A stretch of DNA of 64,000 bases from Hyphochytrium catenoides (lineage: Eukaryota > Protista > Hyphochytriomycota). The stretch covers positions 1,527 through 65,526 of the forward strand of contig FLMG01001375.1 in assembly GCA_900088475.1 (NCBI GenBank), written 5' to 3'. Positions within the stretch are counted from its first letter, which is position 1, and every line of letters begins with the position of its first letter. The translations under genes and the position numbers were made by a program. The notes under the pieces were generated by a model. It was not told the origin of the DNA and made no database searches. It saw only the letters and a list, made by a program, of their open reading frames with translations. Positions 36,599-48,152 of this stretch are shown piece after piece.

Positions 36599-39092
36599 AT
36601 GGCGGACCAGCTGCGGGTGTTTGTCCATCTGAATGGCGGGGGGGAAGATCCAAACAAGCTCAAGGAGACACCCGCTATTGTCTTTCTGCAAAAACCGCTA
36701 CGATGGGATGAAGTCGTATCAGAACTCTTAAGGACTGCCAACGCCGACCTGCCAGGAACTATATACACCCGCGCCGATCTCGACCCTTGCCGGTTATTCC
36801 TTCTTCCCGGAGGACCAAGTGGCATTGCTGCAGAAGTACGTGCACGTCCTGTTCCTATGCTCTTGATTGAAGTGCCTTGTCGGCCCTCATACGGAAATGA
36901 GCCTATCATTATTATCCTTTGATTGGTGTTATGCTTATGCATCTTAACCCATATTTATCTGCCTCCCTGAGCAGCTAACTAGGCGGTCAATAGAAGTGGG
37001 GGTGAGAGACAATGATCACATCGCCATTAGCAGACACAGAGAGGACTACAAGAGGCCAGACAGGCCAAGGAAAGCTGTTGGACAGTCTCAGTTATCTTCA
37101 TCCTTACCTCCTCGAAAAGAGAGTCACGTCCTCGCTGGCCCTCTACCTGCCCCGAGCGATATCCGCTTTCCCTCAGCGATCAATGTGCAGCCAAGGAGGG
37201 TACCACCGGTATGGACTTACAGCTTGTAGGGCTGCTAAATAGCCTTAGCTCTCATTGTTTACTAAGTTCCCTCCGCGATTTATTTTACTCTCAGCCACCG
37301 ACCCAGCGGCCCGCTTATGGCCCCACCCAGGCCGAGATAGCAAAAGCTGCGGCAGATAATAGGAAGAAGAGATACCGGAGCATATCAGGTAGTGGAGCCA
37401 ACACTTGGACGCGATCTCTATCGTCACTATCCGTCCCGCTTCTAAGGCAGGAACATTTATGTGCTGTTTGTCTTTCCCACTAGCATGTCGTCTTTGTCTC
37501 TCTTTTTTTTCTTCTCTCTCTCTCTCTGTCTCTTCCTCTGTACCTTTCTCTCGGTCTGCTTCTCTTCCTCTGTTGATGATCACAGTCCACTTTGAGGATC
37601 GTTGCTGGTCCTTGGGCCTGTGTGTGCATTCTGCCTTTCCTGTAGTTGAATCCTTGTGTTTCATGATGCAGGGAAAATGGGTGCTATGAAGAAGCTTTTC
37701 TCCTTGGGCGTGATATCAAATGACGAGAAGGGTATTTTGAAGGATTTGCTGGTACAAGGAGACAACTCTTCTTTGGAAGAAGCTCTGGATAATTATGTAG
37801 CAACAGGGAATACTTCGCAGCTCACAGCATTGCTCAATGAGGTGAGATAAGAGAGTCCGATTGGGCTAGGCGATCGTCAGGGAAACAGCATTGTCCTTAC
37901 ATACTAGAGTCCATTGACCTCGACAGCTAGAAGTCTTCGTTGTTAACAGCGATCGTGCAGGAGCGTACTAAGCTATATAGAAAGAGAGGAGACGTCGGAG
38001 ATGAAGAGTTCAAGACTGTGGCCGATCTTCTGGTTCAGGGCATCGACATGGATGGGCTCGCCTTTACTGAAGTGAGTCACCTAAAAGGCAGACCCTATGT
38101 TATCCTCACAACAACTAACATCGCGGTGCGAAACCTACCCCTCCTTGTATCTCCATCCCTGCTCATAGCCAGCTAGTTATGTTCCTGCACCCTCTCAGCA
38201 CGATACGCACAACCTTCTACCCTCTGGACATCCTCTGGATGCTGGAGCTCGCTTACTTCAAGCTCTGGACGAAGATTTACAGCCCTGGGCTCCTGTACAG
38301 AGTAACACCGCTCCTACGAGCAAGGCCGTTAGCCCTCCAATTGAAGAGCAAGCTTTACCTCCGCTTTCACTGGGGACAGTACCGGCAATAGGTGGCGGCG
38401 TGGGAACGTTCGCACCTTCCACAACATCTCCAGGATACCGCTTGAGTACCATGCCTACACCGCAACAGGCCAGCTTCTATTCCCATCAAGGAGCTGGGCT
38501 TGCTGCTGCTAGTTGGGGATATGTTCCTACGGCAGGAAGCATACCAGGTGTGGGTATACTCTCGCCTCAAATGCACATGTACATGCAAGCTGGTGGCCAA
38601 TTGCATGGCAACCCCCTTATTTCTCAACAACTATCAGCTGCAGGACTCGCTTCTTACGGGGCAGCTGCAAACTATGCCATGTACTTGAACAGTTATGACT
38701 CTTTGGCCAATCAGAACACTGGTAGTAGGGCCAGGGCCAAGTTGGAGATGCCAAACTATCCTCCTCCTGTCTCTAAGGAAGAGAGAAAGAAGAAAATTCA
38801 GAAATGGCTAGAGAAAAGAGCTAGAAGGGACTTCTCGAACAAGTCTTCTTATCCTGTGCGGCGGAACATTGCTACTCAACGCAAGAGAGGAGAGGATGGC
38901 CGCTTCATCAAGACAGGTGAAAAAGTAACCGGAACTGGCAGGGTGTCGACGGACGCTGGGGATAGTCCTCCTGATGACCCGTCCTATTACTTTGCGGATG
39001 GGGAGCAGGAGGGCGGAGGGGGAGTGTATCTAGGGGAGGACCAATTTCAGGGAGAGTTCGTTTGGCCGCAGGCCTCCCCTAGCGCTTTATAG
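36599..39092 (+). CDS. CCT-domain (CONSTANS/CO-like/TOC1) putative transcription regulator
   Basis: C-terminal ERKKKIQKWLEKRARRDFSNKSSYPVRRNIATQRKRGEDGRF is a CCT motif. Upstream exons encode a beta-grasp-like N-terminus and a helical GVISNDEKGILKDLLVQGD segment. Confidence 0.8.
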
Positions 39093-39421
39093 CTAGTTCA
39101 AGTCTCACTCCGTTTCTTTTGTGCTGTCTTCTCTGGCTTCCTGTCAGACTTTGTCACTAAGGCCGTGTTCCATTGCTATTCATCTTCTCCTCAGTTCATC
39201 TAGCTCCATTTCTATCTGTTCGGCCCCTATTTATGAAAAACAATCAAGCTCATGATGCTGATAGAGGATGCTTCACCAGTTTTGCTCGCTGTACATTTGA
39301 CAGACGTTCGGTAGTCGGCACAGTCAAATATCTGTTTCTTGTGCGGCGCGTTTAGAAGAAGGCTTGGAACCTCTAGGTAGTGAGGCTGTCCTAAGTTGTT
39401 AGGCAATGGATATACTGGCGA

Positions 39422-39467
39422 GGACCCGACTACTCCGCATTTGCTGGACCCGACTACTCCGCATTTG
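39422..39467. repeat. Direct repeat, 2 x 22 bp (24-bp period)
   Basis: GGACCCGACTACTCCGCATTTG at 39422 and 39446. Confidence 0.9.
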
Positions 39468-40365
39468 ACGCTCCGCTCTGGAAGACATGTCTTGCGGGCC
39501 TCTGCAGAAGGCTTCTTGCCTCTGGTCAGTTACTGGTAACCATGGTACAGGTAGCATTTATGTCACTAAGAAGTCACCTTGCACTGGAAGTTTGGTAGCG
39601 CACCCTACACCTTAAAGAACGAAAGCGGTGAGCTATTTGTGTTTGCCACAGATGAGGAAAGCAACTGCAGAGATAGCTGCGTTCTGCTTGCGGGTGGATC
39701 ATTATCCAACCTTTTAGTAAGCTTGACGAACCTTTAAGGCAGTGCCACTGTGCTCGAGGACATCATGACAGGGTTAGACACATTTGGAGAGAGATGCACA
39801 CGAGCCCATGCGATGGACAGACAGACAGACGGCCCGACATTCGAATATGATCGTCCTTTTTTAGTTTGTCCCTTAGCAAGTGACACGTTTGGAGTGCATT
39901 TTAAGGCTGTCCAAGTGGCGTCCATTTTGCGTCCGTCATTCAATCGCAATTAGAAGGTGCTTCACAAGCCTCATGCGACTAAAAGCCGCAATCAACCCAT
40001 CACAGCTCACAACCACGTTTGTACTCCATCACAGGTTAGACCTTCAGCTTCAGCAGTGGATCGGCGCTCAGATAGGGTCAAGGACGACAGAGTTCAGCAT
40101 AGATGCATGTTAGTGGAAACGTAGGTAGATAGTCTGCAGAAAGAGAATGCAACTGAGGCATCCCAAACTGCAATGGGGTATCCTTGAAGCGGGATTATGG
40201 CGGTAAAGTGGCAACAGGCGCTTCTCCTGTTGAGAAGTTTATCAAGGATCCAACGACTAAGAAGTCTCACCACAGGCAATCAAGGTAAATAAGCTAATAG
40301 CTAATACTTTATTTGTACACAGGGTCTGTGTATACCCAGGAAGAAGGCGGAGAATAACCTCTCCT

Positions 40366-43300
40366 CTACCTGACGCCATCTGCGGAAGCTAGAGCCTCCA
40401 AAACGAGTGTGCGGGCTAACAAATAGTCTCGTGGGTCTAAAGAAAAGAGCTGTTGGCGCTCTACACTACGCTTGCTAACCTTGTTAAAGTCGCTCAGGTC
40501 TGAGGTCCGTAAGATTAACTTCATAACCTGGTAGAAAAATAAAGTTAGAGAACATTTAGCTTCCTCCAATCTACTTTGCATGCTTCAAAAACAACTGTGT
40601 CTCACGCCTTCTTCTCTCTCTGTAAAGTCCAAGTGGTGATGACTCTTGCCCTCCTTATACGCAATGCAGTCTCGTACCTTTCGGAACAGATCTTCCGCCT
40701 GCGTCTGAGGTAAGAGCGTCTCTGCAAGCTTCAGTAGCTCATAGTCCTGCACTGCAGCCCGCAGGGACTCGTATCTTAAGGTCTCTACTGGGTACCCGTC
40801 CGGGCCAGGTAGTACAAAATACATATCGCCTACTTGCCAGCTCTCCGCCCTCCACTTGAGGCTCCTCCAAGGCTCAGCGGGCCATAAGCAGAAGTTCCAG
40901 CGCAGGAAACCGTCCAGCTTGAGGAAAAAGGTGAGCCAACCTATGAGCTGGCCCTCTACCAACGAAGAGCCTACGAAATTGTTCGGAAAGGGAGGCACGC
41001 AACAGACGTACCAGAGCATCCTGCCGCCATTGGCATGCACATGCTCTCTCAACTCTCGTGTGATCTTCATGTCTTCACAGACAAGAGGTAGTAGTGGGAC
41101 ACAGTCAATCACTTCAGGCGGTGCAAACTTCATGAACTCGAAGTGATTGATGGCGACTTTGAGTTTGAATTCTGGTGCTACCGAGCGCAGGAATTCCACC
41201 TGGAAGAGAAGGCATTAGAACACTAGATTAGTCACAGGAGGCAGTCTATCCTGACAAAGAAAGAGAGTTCTGAGGAGCATGGATAGAGAGTGATCGCGGC
41301 AGCGCAATGATCTTCTTCTGTTCGTCAAAGTCCCTGAACTCTCAGTCCAAAAAGGGTTTCTACAGAGCGTGCTACGCACCTGATTGTAGAAGAGTTGCAT
41401 ATTGCTAGGCTCATCCGCGCATATTCTCACTCTGTCGAGCACTCCCCTCTCTTTGAAAAAGTTATAGACCCCTCTCAAAAAGGCCTTAACCTCTGACACA
41501 GTCCGAAGGTAGCGAAAGGAACAGTCGCTCTGTCCCATCAGTGTGAGGATAGCGATGTCAGACGGTATGAAGCTCCAAGAAGGCGCCAAGCATAACAGCA
41601 GCTATTAAGCACTATAGGAAAGGCCAGAGAGAAATAGAGAGAGCTAGATAAAGTGTTACCTCATTATAGCAACGGATTCGCCAGTTATCTACTGCCCCTT
41701 CTATTGTGCCTCCAAAGCCATACGCCTCGTCCACCCAAATCTACCATCAATAAGGTGAGAAGCCAGACAGATGGGGAGAACGTTTGGCGGATGCTGAGGC
41801 TCCTTTCGCTAACCCAGCAGTGCCTCAGTGGTCAAGTAAGAATCAAGAACGTAAGGCTCACTCAATAACGCGAACACCCTTGGCCCCTCAGGCAACACCT
41901 TCCTTACCGACATGATCCCGAACAGCTCTATCTCCTTATGCATCGAGTACTTTTCAGCCAAGTATAAGAGCTTCTCCACCACTGAGAAGTCTAAAGTGAT
42001 AGGGGTTCCGGTTCCACCCGTGCTCGATACGAAGATAGCAGAATGCTCATATAGAGAGGAAGGATAGCCCTTCTCTAGATAGCATTGCTGGCCAGCCCAT
42101 GGCACTTCCGTGCAGACGATCGTTACAGCTTTCTGCCCTAGGACGGATAGGGACTCATAATACCGGTCGATCAGCTCAAAGTGTCGCTCCGACCAGAGCG
42201 AAGTGTGATGGCCCCGTGCTTCAAAAGAAAGAGAGGCAGAGACAGGCAGAGCGTGATTCTCGTCAGACCGTTGTGAGACAGACCGCAATTGAAGAGCCGA
42301 AGCGTCAGACAATGACGTTTGAAATGGGTTCGGTTCTTCCTGATATACTGAGTCCCATAGATTAACAGATCTGATCGTGCTTTGTCCACCTACCGATAGA
42401 GCTTAAATGCTGCCATAGATCCAGATGAAACTTCCAGTCCCCAGGGTCAGGAAGATGGACATTTTCGACTTTCAGCAGTATGGATCCTCTCCAACTGACT
42501 GCCTCATCGCAGAAGCCAGCAGCATGTGTATAGACACAAGCCTCCACCTCGTAGGTGCCGGGCGGGGTTGAAGAAGGGACTGTTATCCTGTCGATTAAAG
42601 TCAACGTCAAGAATGTATAGAACGAACCAAGGTGGAATGTGGTTAAGGTGTATATCAAGCCCTTGGAGAGCTGCCATGGTCTTGACGTCTCTCTCTCTCC
42701 TTTGTTAGCAGCGATGCCTCACATTTCTTTAAACTTCCATTTCTTGTACTTATTGATCGTATTTACTGGAGTCGGCGACAGCTTACCTCACAAAGACCGC
42801 GTGAGCCTTCGAGGCTTTGTTTGAAAAGCCGTTCTGCTCGAAGTATTCCATCACCATGTTTCCACCTTCATCCTCCACAAAGCCCACTATTAGGGCCTCT
42901 ATATCGTCGAGAGAGATACCTCCCTTGTTGTTAACTATGTGGAAGGCCAATCTGGCTCGTGGAGCATGCCCGAAGGGATGGAGCCAGGCAGTTTCGTCTG
43001 TTGAGAAAACAAAAGGTCTCGAAGACGAGATGTGAATTTGAAGTGCACAGACTTCGTTCCTCGCTGCCGAGAGCTTGTAGGTGCTAGTAAGATCTCTGTC
43101 GTAGTACATGTAGATAGAAGGAGAAAGATATTAGACCGCGTAGCTGACAAGACAGACGGAGCCACCTTCATGATGGGGAACTTTCTCGAGGACAGAGGGA
43201 AGAGAGATAGGTGAAAGAGTGTGGGATGACGGAGGATTTAGGTGATTCCTTGGCTAAGAGTTCCATAAAGGGCAAGCCAGCAGTGGTAGGTGTCCGTAAG

Positions 43301-45015
43301 TTGAAGAAGAGCCATGGTGAATGACCTTTCATCTAACTCTAGGCCATCGGTTGACATCTCATCCTCGTGCTCTTGTGTTTCACTGGCCATCGGGGAGGAT
43401 TTTGGAGCTGCGTCTTCGCTGTGCCGAATCTTTCCATATTCGACACTATGCATAACCAGGACGGGGGACCACGAAGAACCAAGAAAGTGAGGCAAGATAA
43501 GGGAGAGTCAGGACGATTGGATAGAAAAGGAAAAACAGGGACAACCGGAGCAAATAGGGGTGGCTGAAAGAGAGCCAACGAGCTCAATGATGGGTCTACT
43601 TTCTGAGGTGCCTGGCTGACCTTGTCCCTTCTTCGTCATGATCGCCAGCCTCTCCTTCTCCTCCTTCACTTTCACTCTCTTCCATATGCGAGTGATCTCG
43701 CATGGCCTGACTGAGGGCGTACTTCTTCGCTGTACATGGGGAAGCTTTGTAAGAAGTAGGTTCGGCGATAGGAGAAGCATCATCTGGGCAATAGAGCACT
43801 ACGGATAATATCTGACGAAAGGGCCAGGCTGCTCTTCCCCATACGCCGTGTAGACGGCACAGTGACAGCAGGGAGAAGAAGAGGAAGCTGTGGCATATTT
43901 TGAGAGAGAGACTACGGTAAGAGGAGAAGGTCGACGAGGCACTGACATGAGGTGTGGAGTCGGTGCCCTGGACTCTGCGTGTGAACCGTCGAGACTGCTG
44001 AGGCTGCTGGCGTGTCGTGTTCGGCACTGGTGCTAGCCAGAGTCTCACTCAACCGCATAAAGTCCACATCAATAGGCATAGGCTGAAAATTAGCTGAGGT
44101 GTGGGATAGAAAGGTAATAAAGGTCAGTGAGTGAGAGGGGATGAACGCCAGCAGTTAGCGGAATAGGACAGAGAAGGCAAGGGCAATGAGAGGATAGAGG
44201 TTGCCAGCCCTAAGATGAGTCGCTCGGCTGAAGACGGTCGAGCAATCCTGTTGGATGCCTTCAGGTAGACATGGACATAAGATGCTAGTTCGATGAGTTG
44301 GAAGTTGCCGAGAGAGAAGATCGAGTAGATGAGTCGATAGTCAAGAGCATGAGAGAGGCGAAACACAGCAAGCTGAAGAGAGAGAGAAGAATAGACCATA
44401 CTTGCGTAAGAGGAAGGACTTTGGTTCCTCGCTGCCAGGCTTGGGACTTCAGTCATCAGTGGAGGCCCTGCCTCCTTCCTCCTCCGATTGTACCCAATCT
44501 TGGTCATCGCATGCTGGAACTCGACCCGAACCTGACAACGAGAGGACATGTCAGATTATTATTGAGCGCAGGACAAGGGGTACGCCCTTCAAAGAAAGAG
44601 AAAGCTGGAAAAAGTCATAGGAAAGAAAGGCCAAGTCCCCGCAGAGAAAGAATAGACTGAGAGGAGTGTGCATCCCGAGGGCCAAGCAATGCAAGCGCAA
44701 GGAGAAGGGGAGAAAAGCTCTACCTGGAATTCCTCGTCATCGAACATCTGGCCCAGCCGATGCTGCGAAGACAGACAGAGAGAGAGAGAGAGAGAGAGAG
44801 AGNNNNNNNNNNNNNNNNNNNNNNNNNNNNNNNNNNNNNNNNNNNNNNAGACGAAGAGAGGAAGGGGACTCAGGAGCAGAGGTACAAAATAGGAGAATAG
44901 GAGTGAAGAGAGACAGAAGGAGGCAGAGGAGAGACAGAGAGAGAGAGCTTCTCAGCTTAGAGCTGCTGAGCAGAAGCCCGTCTCCAGGACTTACCGGGCG
45001 TGGCCGACTCTCCAT
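40366..45015 (-). CDS. DUF4091 / GH123-like glycoside hydrolase-fold protein with disordered N-terminal extension, multi-exon
   Basis: Motifs LSAARNEVCALQI, FHLDLWQH, LWSERHFELI, LGQKAVTIVCTEVPW, ICADEP, WYVCCVPPFPNNF, LDGFLRWNFCLW and GDMYFVLPGPDGYPVETLRYESLRAAVQDYELL. The start (MESRPRP) is inferred from upstream exons. Confidence 0.8.
44803..44848. other. Assembly gap (N run) within a GA microsatellite
   Basis: Run of N. Confidence 1.
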
Positions 45016-45922
45016 CCTGCTTCTAGCTTCAGTTGAGATGCAGACACTTCCCCCTTCAGCCCATCCCTCAGCTGTCAGCGAGCTGTACGTCCCAGCTTGT
45101 CCGTTAGGAAGGTATGATAGTCCTCCGGGCTGCAAGTAGAGTAGAAGCTTACAGAGTGGTCTCAACAGTGACAAGTGCTCTCTTTCCCGTCACCGCTGCT
45201 GCTGCTGCTGCTGCTGCTGTGTCGCTGGGGACATGGATGGATGCGAACTCCTGCTAAAGCTTTCTTCCTCCCACACTATGGCTGTTCTTCCCAGCAGATT
45301 ATCTTCTTGCCTCTCTCCCTCTTCTCTTTCTCTCTCTCTCTCTCTCCCTCTCTCTCTCTCTGTCTCTCTCTCTCTGTCTCTCTCTCTCTTCCCTCTCTGC
45401 AGTAAGATCTCTCTCTCTCCTTTCAAACGGAGCCGTTCTCCTCCACTTTCCCTCCAGTTCTCTCTTCAACCCATAAAACTCGTAATTCCAGATACACAGC
45501 TATAAACGGCTTTCTCTGAGGAGCTATAATAAGATCAGTATATCTGATATGGGTAAACGTCTGCTAGTGGTCCCACAAACGTTGTATTTAGCAGACCCAG
45601 CACCCTGTTGATGGCTTTTGACTTTCCCCAAACATGTCTCTCTCCCTCTTTTTTCTGGCTCTCTTCTCCCATCATCAGACGTCCAAGCCACGCCTCACGC
45701 CTCAACCTATCGGCAGCTTCCTGTCCTTCGATCCTCCTCAATGCCTCGGATCTCTGTCTGTCACTCTCTCACGGTCTCCATCTCGGCTTCTGAGACCTCC
45801 TCCTCGTTCCATCAAGCCTTATCTCTTTGTGGAAAGCCCTTGAGGACCAAACGAGTGTGAGAAAGGAGGCCTCGATCTAGGAACTAGCCAAGAAGGAGAG
45901 AGAGGGACCTAGCCACCAAGCC

Positions 45923-47594
45923 ATGAACTCAGTGCAGACGCCCCCGGCCCTGTCATCTACTTTCTACGCCTTGGACTTTGACGGCGTCCTGGTCGATAGC
46001 GCAGCTGAACTAGGAACGGCGGGATGGAAGACCTGTCGGGCACTTTGGCCTTCTAAGAGCTCTCCGTCTTCACCTTCCAAAGAGCTCATTGAGGACTTTT
46101 AGCGTGTTAGACCGGTACTGGAGACTGGGTATGAGAGTAAGGAAACTCCTGCTGAAGGGGAAAGAGTAGAATAGAGATGACACACTCCTTGTCGGCTCTT
46201 GCCATTCCCTAGTCCTCCCTGTGCCAGGAGCCTTCACCTTCGCAGGTCCACTTGCTCAGATTCTTTTGATCTACCTTATGCCTACCCTCTCTTCTCACTT
46301 GGCTCTGGGTCTACCCACTCTACCCAGTCCGCTACGAAATCCTATCTGCATCAGATAGGCATTGCCGCTCAGATCTGTGCCTCTTGCTGTCCCTTCTCCT
46401 GTATCACTGGGTCGCAGTCTCTTACTTTCTCCTTAAGAGCAGGCGTTATCTTGATTAAAGCGCTGGAAGAAGGCTGGAATACTGCCGAGGAACTCATCAT
46501 TCGCTGGCCAGGACACAGCGATGACTTCTTTCACCGAGCTGGAGTCGGGCGAGAGAGAGTTATCGATCAGTTTGCGGCGTCACGGTGAGTCTATTAGGCT
46601 CTTAATGGGAACGAGACGATAGAGAAAGAAATGGCTGATTAGTCGCAAGCGGGAGACCAAAGGTAAACGTAGGGAGAAAAGGTGATGAAGGTCGGAAGAG
46701 TCCACAGACAGAGAAAGAGAGACAAAGAGAGAGAAAATGGAAGAGAAGAGGGAGAGTTAGGAATAGTGATAGGGCTTGGGGGATCAATAGGTCAGAATAC
46801 TGAGGGTGAGAGAAAACGAGTATAAAGTGAAACGCCAAGCGAGTTGAAGCAAACTGTCTCGTGGGGTCTCTGTCTCTCTCTCCTTCTCTCTCTCTCTCTC
46901 TCTCTCTCTACCTCTACCTCCTCTCCCCCTCGCTCTCTTTCTCTCTCCCTCCTTAAACACTCTAGCTTACTTCTGGCTTTTTCACTATTGCAGAAAGGTC
47001 TGGATGGATGAGGATGTGCAGGCCTGGCTCTCTCAACATTCCTTCTATAGTGAAGCCGTCGACGCCGTCAAAGATCTCTGCAAGACTGGGATTCCGGTGT
47101 ATATTATCACAACCAAGGCCAAGGACTTCACGTTGGAGCTCCTTGATCATGCCGGGCTTCTAATTCCAGAAGACAGAGTGTTCGGCCTTGGTAGTGGGGC
47201 CAAACAGGACGTTATAAGCAGGATCTTCGAGACAGATAAAGCCTTTCAAAGAGCTGTCTTCGTAGAAGACAGAGTGGAGACCTTAATCAAGGCTAAGCCA
47301 CTTTTCGAGGAGAGGTTTGACTGTTTGGATCACCAATTTTCTAAGCTACCTTCCTGACGTTCACAACTTGTTCTCTCTATTTGTCCTTTGTCTGTTTGTC
47401 CGCTATATCTCCTTGGAACGTCTCCTATTCGGTTGTGTGCTAGGAGGCTCATTGTGGAACTAGTATTGGCAGATTGGGGCTATAACACCGAAGCAGACAG
47501 GGAGAGAGCACGACAGAGTGGATGCAAAGTAACAAGCCTTAAGGAGTTCGAGCAGATGTGCGCGAAGCAGCATGGCATCGGGCAAGCTTCCTGA
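45923..47594 (+). CDS. HAD-superfamily hydrolase (cyanobacterial/plant-type) carrying an in-frame TAG at 46100-46102; possible pseudogene or null allele
   Basis: Motif I ALDFDGVLVDS, RVRPVLETGYE, motif II YIITTK, VFGLGSGAK, FVEDRVETL and LADWGYNT. Four exons with intact splice sites. Codon 60 is TAG. Confidence 0.85.
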
Positions 47595-48152
47595 TGCTAT
47601 CAAAAGCCTAGCAGACCTACGTCAATGGCAATGGCACGATGAAGGCAAAGATGTAAGAGCAAAGATCCAAGGGCATATTTGAACCTACTATTCATTCAGG
47701 GACCTGAGACTAAAAAAGTGACTGAGAGCTAAGGAGGGGCTGGAAGTGGGGTGAGAGATGAGAAGAGTAAGGTGAACATCTGCAGTTCGTTTCCAAAAGT
47801 GACATTAAGACTTAGTCTAATAAGAAACATTAGAGTACAGTCTCCGAAGAGAAAAATTTTAAAAAAGAGTAACCCTATCTTCAAAGCTTGCTGCCCACCT
47901 ACTGTCAGCCTCTTCAACTCTCTCTCCTTCAGGCCATCTGACAAAATAGTGCTAGCGCTTCCTCTCTCTCTCGCTCGCTCCCTTCAGGCTTTATTGTTTC
48001 TTCCTGTAAACCACTAAGATAAATAAGCTGGATCTATTGAGTGTGTGCCCGCACAGTCGTTAGAGAAGAGCAATGGAGGGGAGAAATAAACATCCCCTTT
48101 GTACTGCTCTGCTCTCTTTCCCTATCGCCCTCATTCCTCCACCTGCTGTCTT

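Noticed and set aside
39422-39467. Possible CRISPR-like repeat (also 56797-56893)
   Set aside because: Only two adjacent copies, no spacers, eukaryotic context and no cas genes.
46100-46102. Genome-wide TAG reassignment
   Set aside because: Several genes in the window end at TAG in plausible C-terminal positions, and long CDSs (nadB, pabAB) have no internal TAG.
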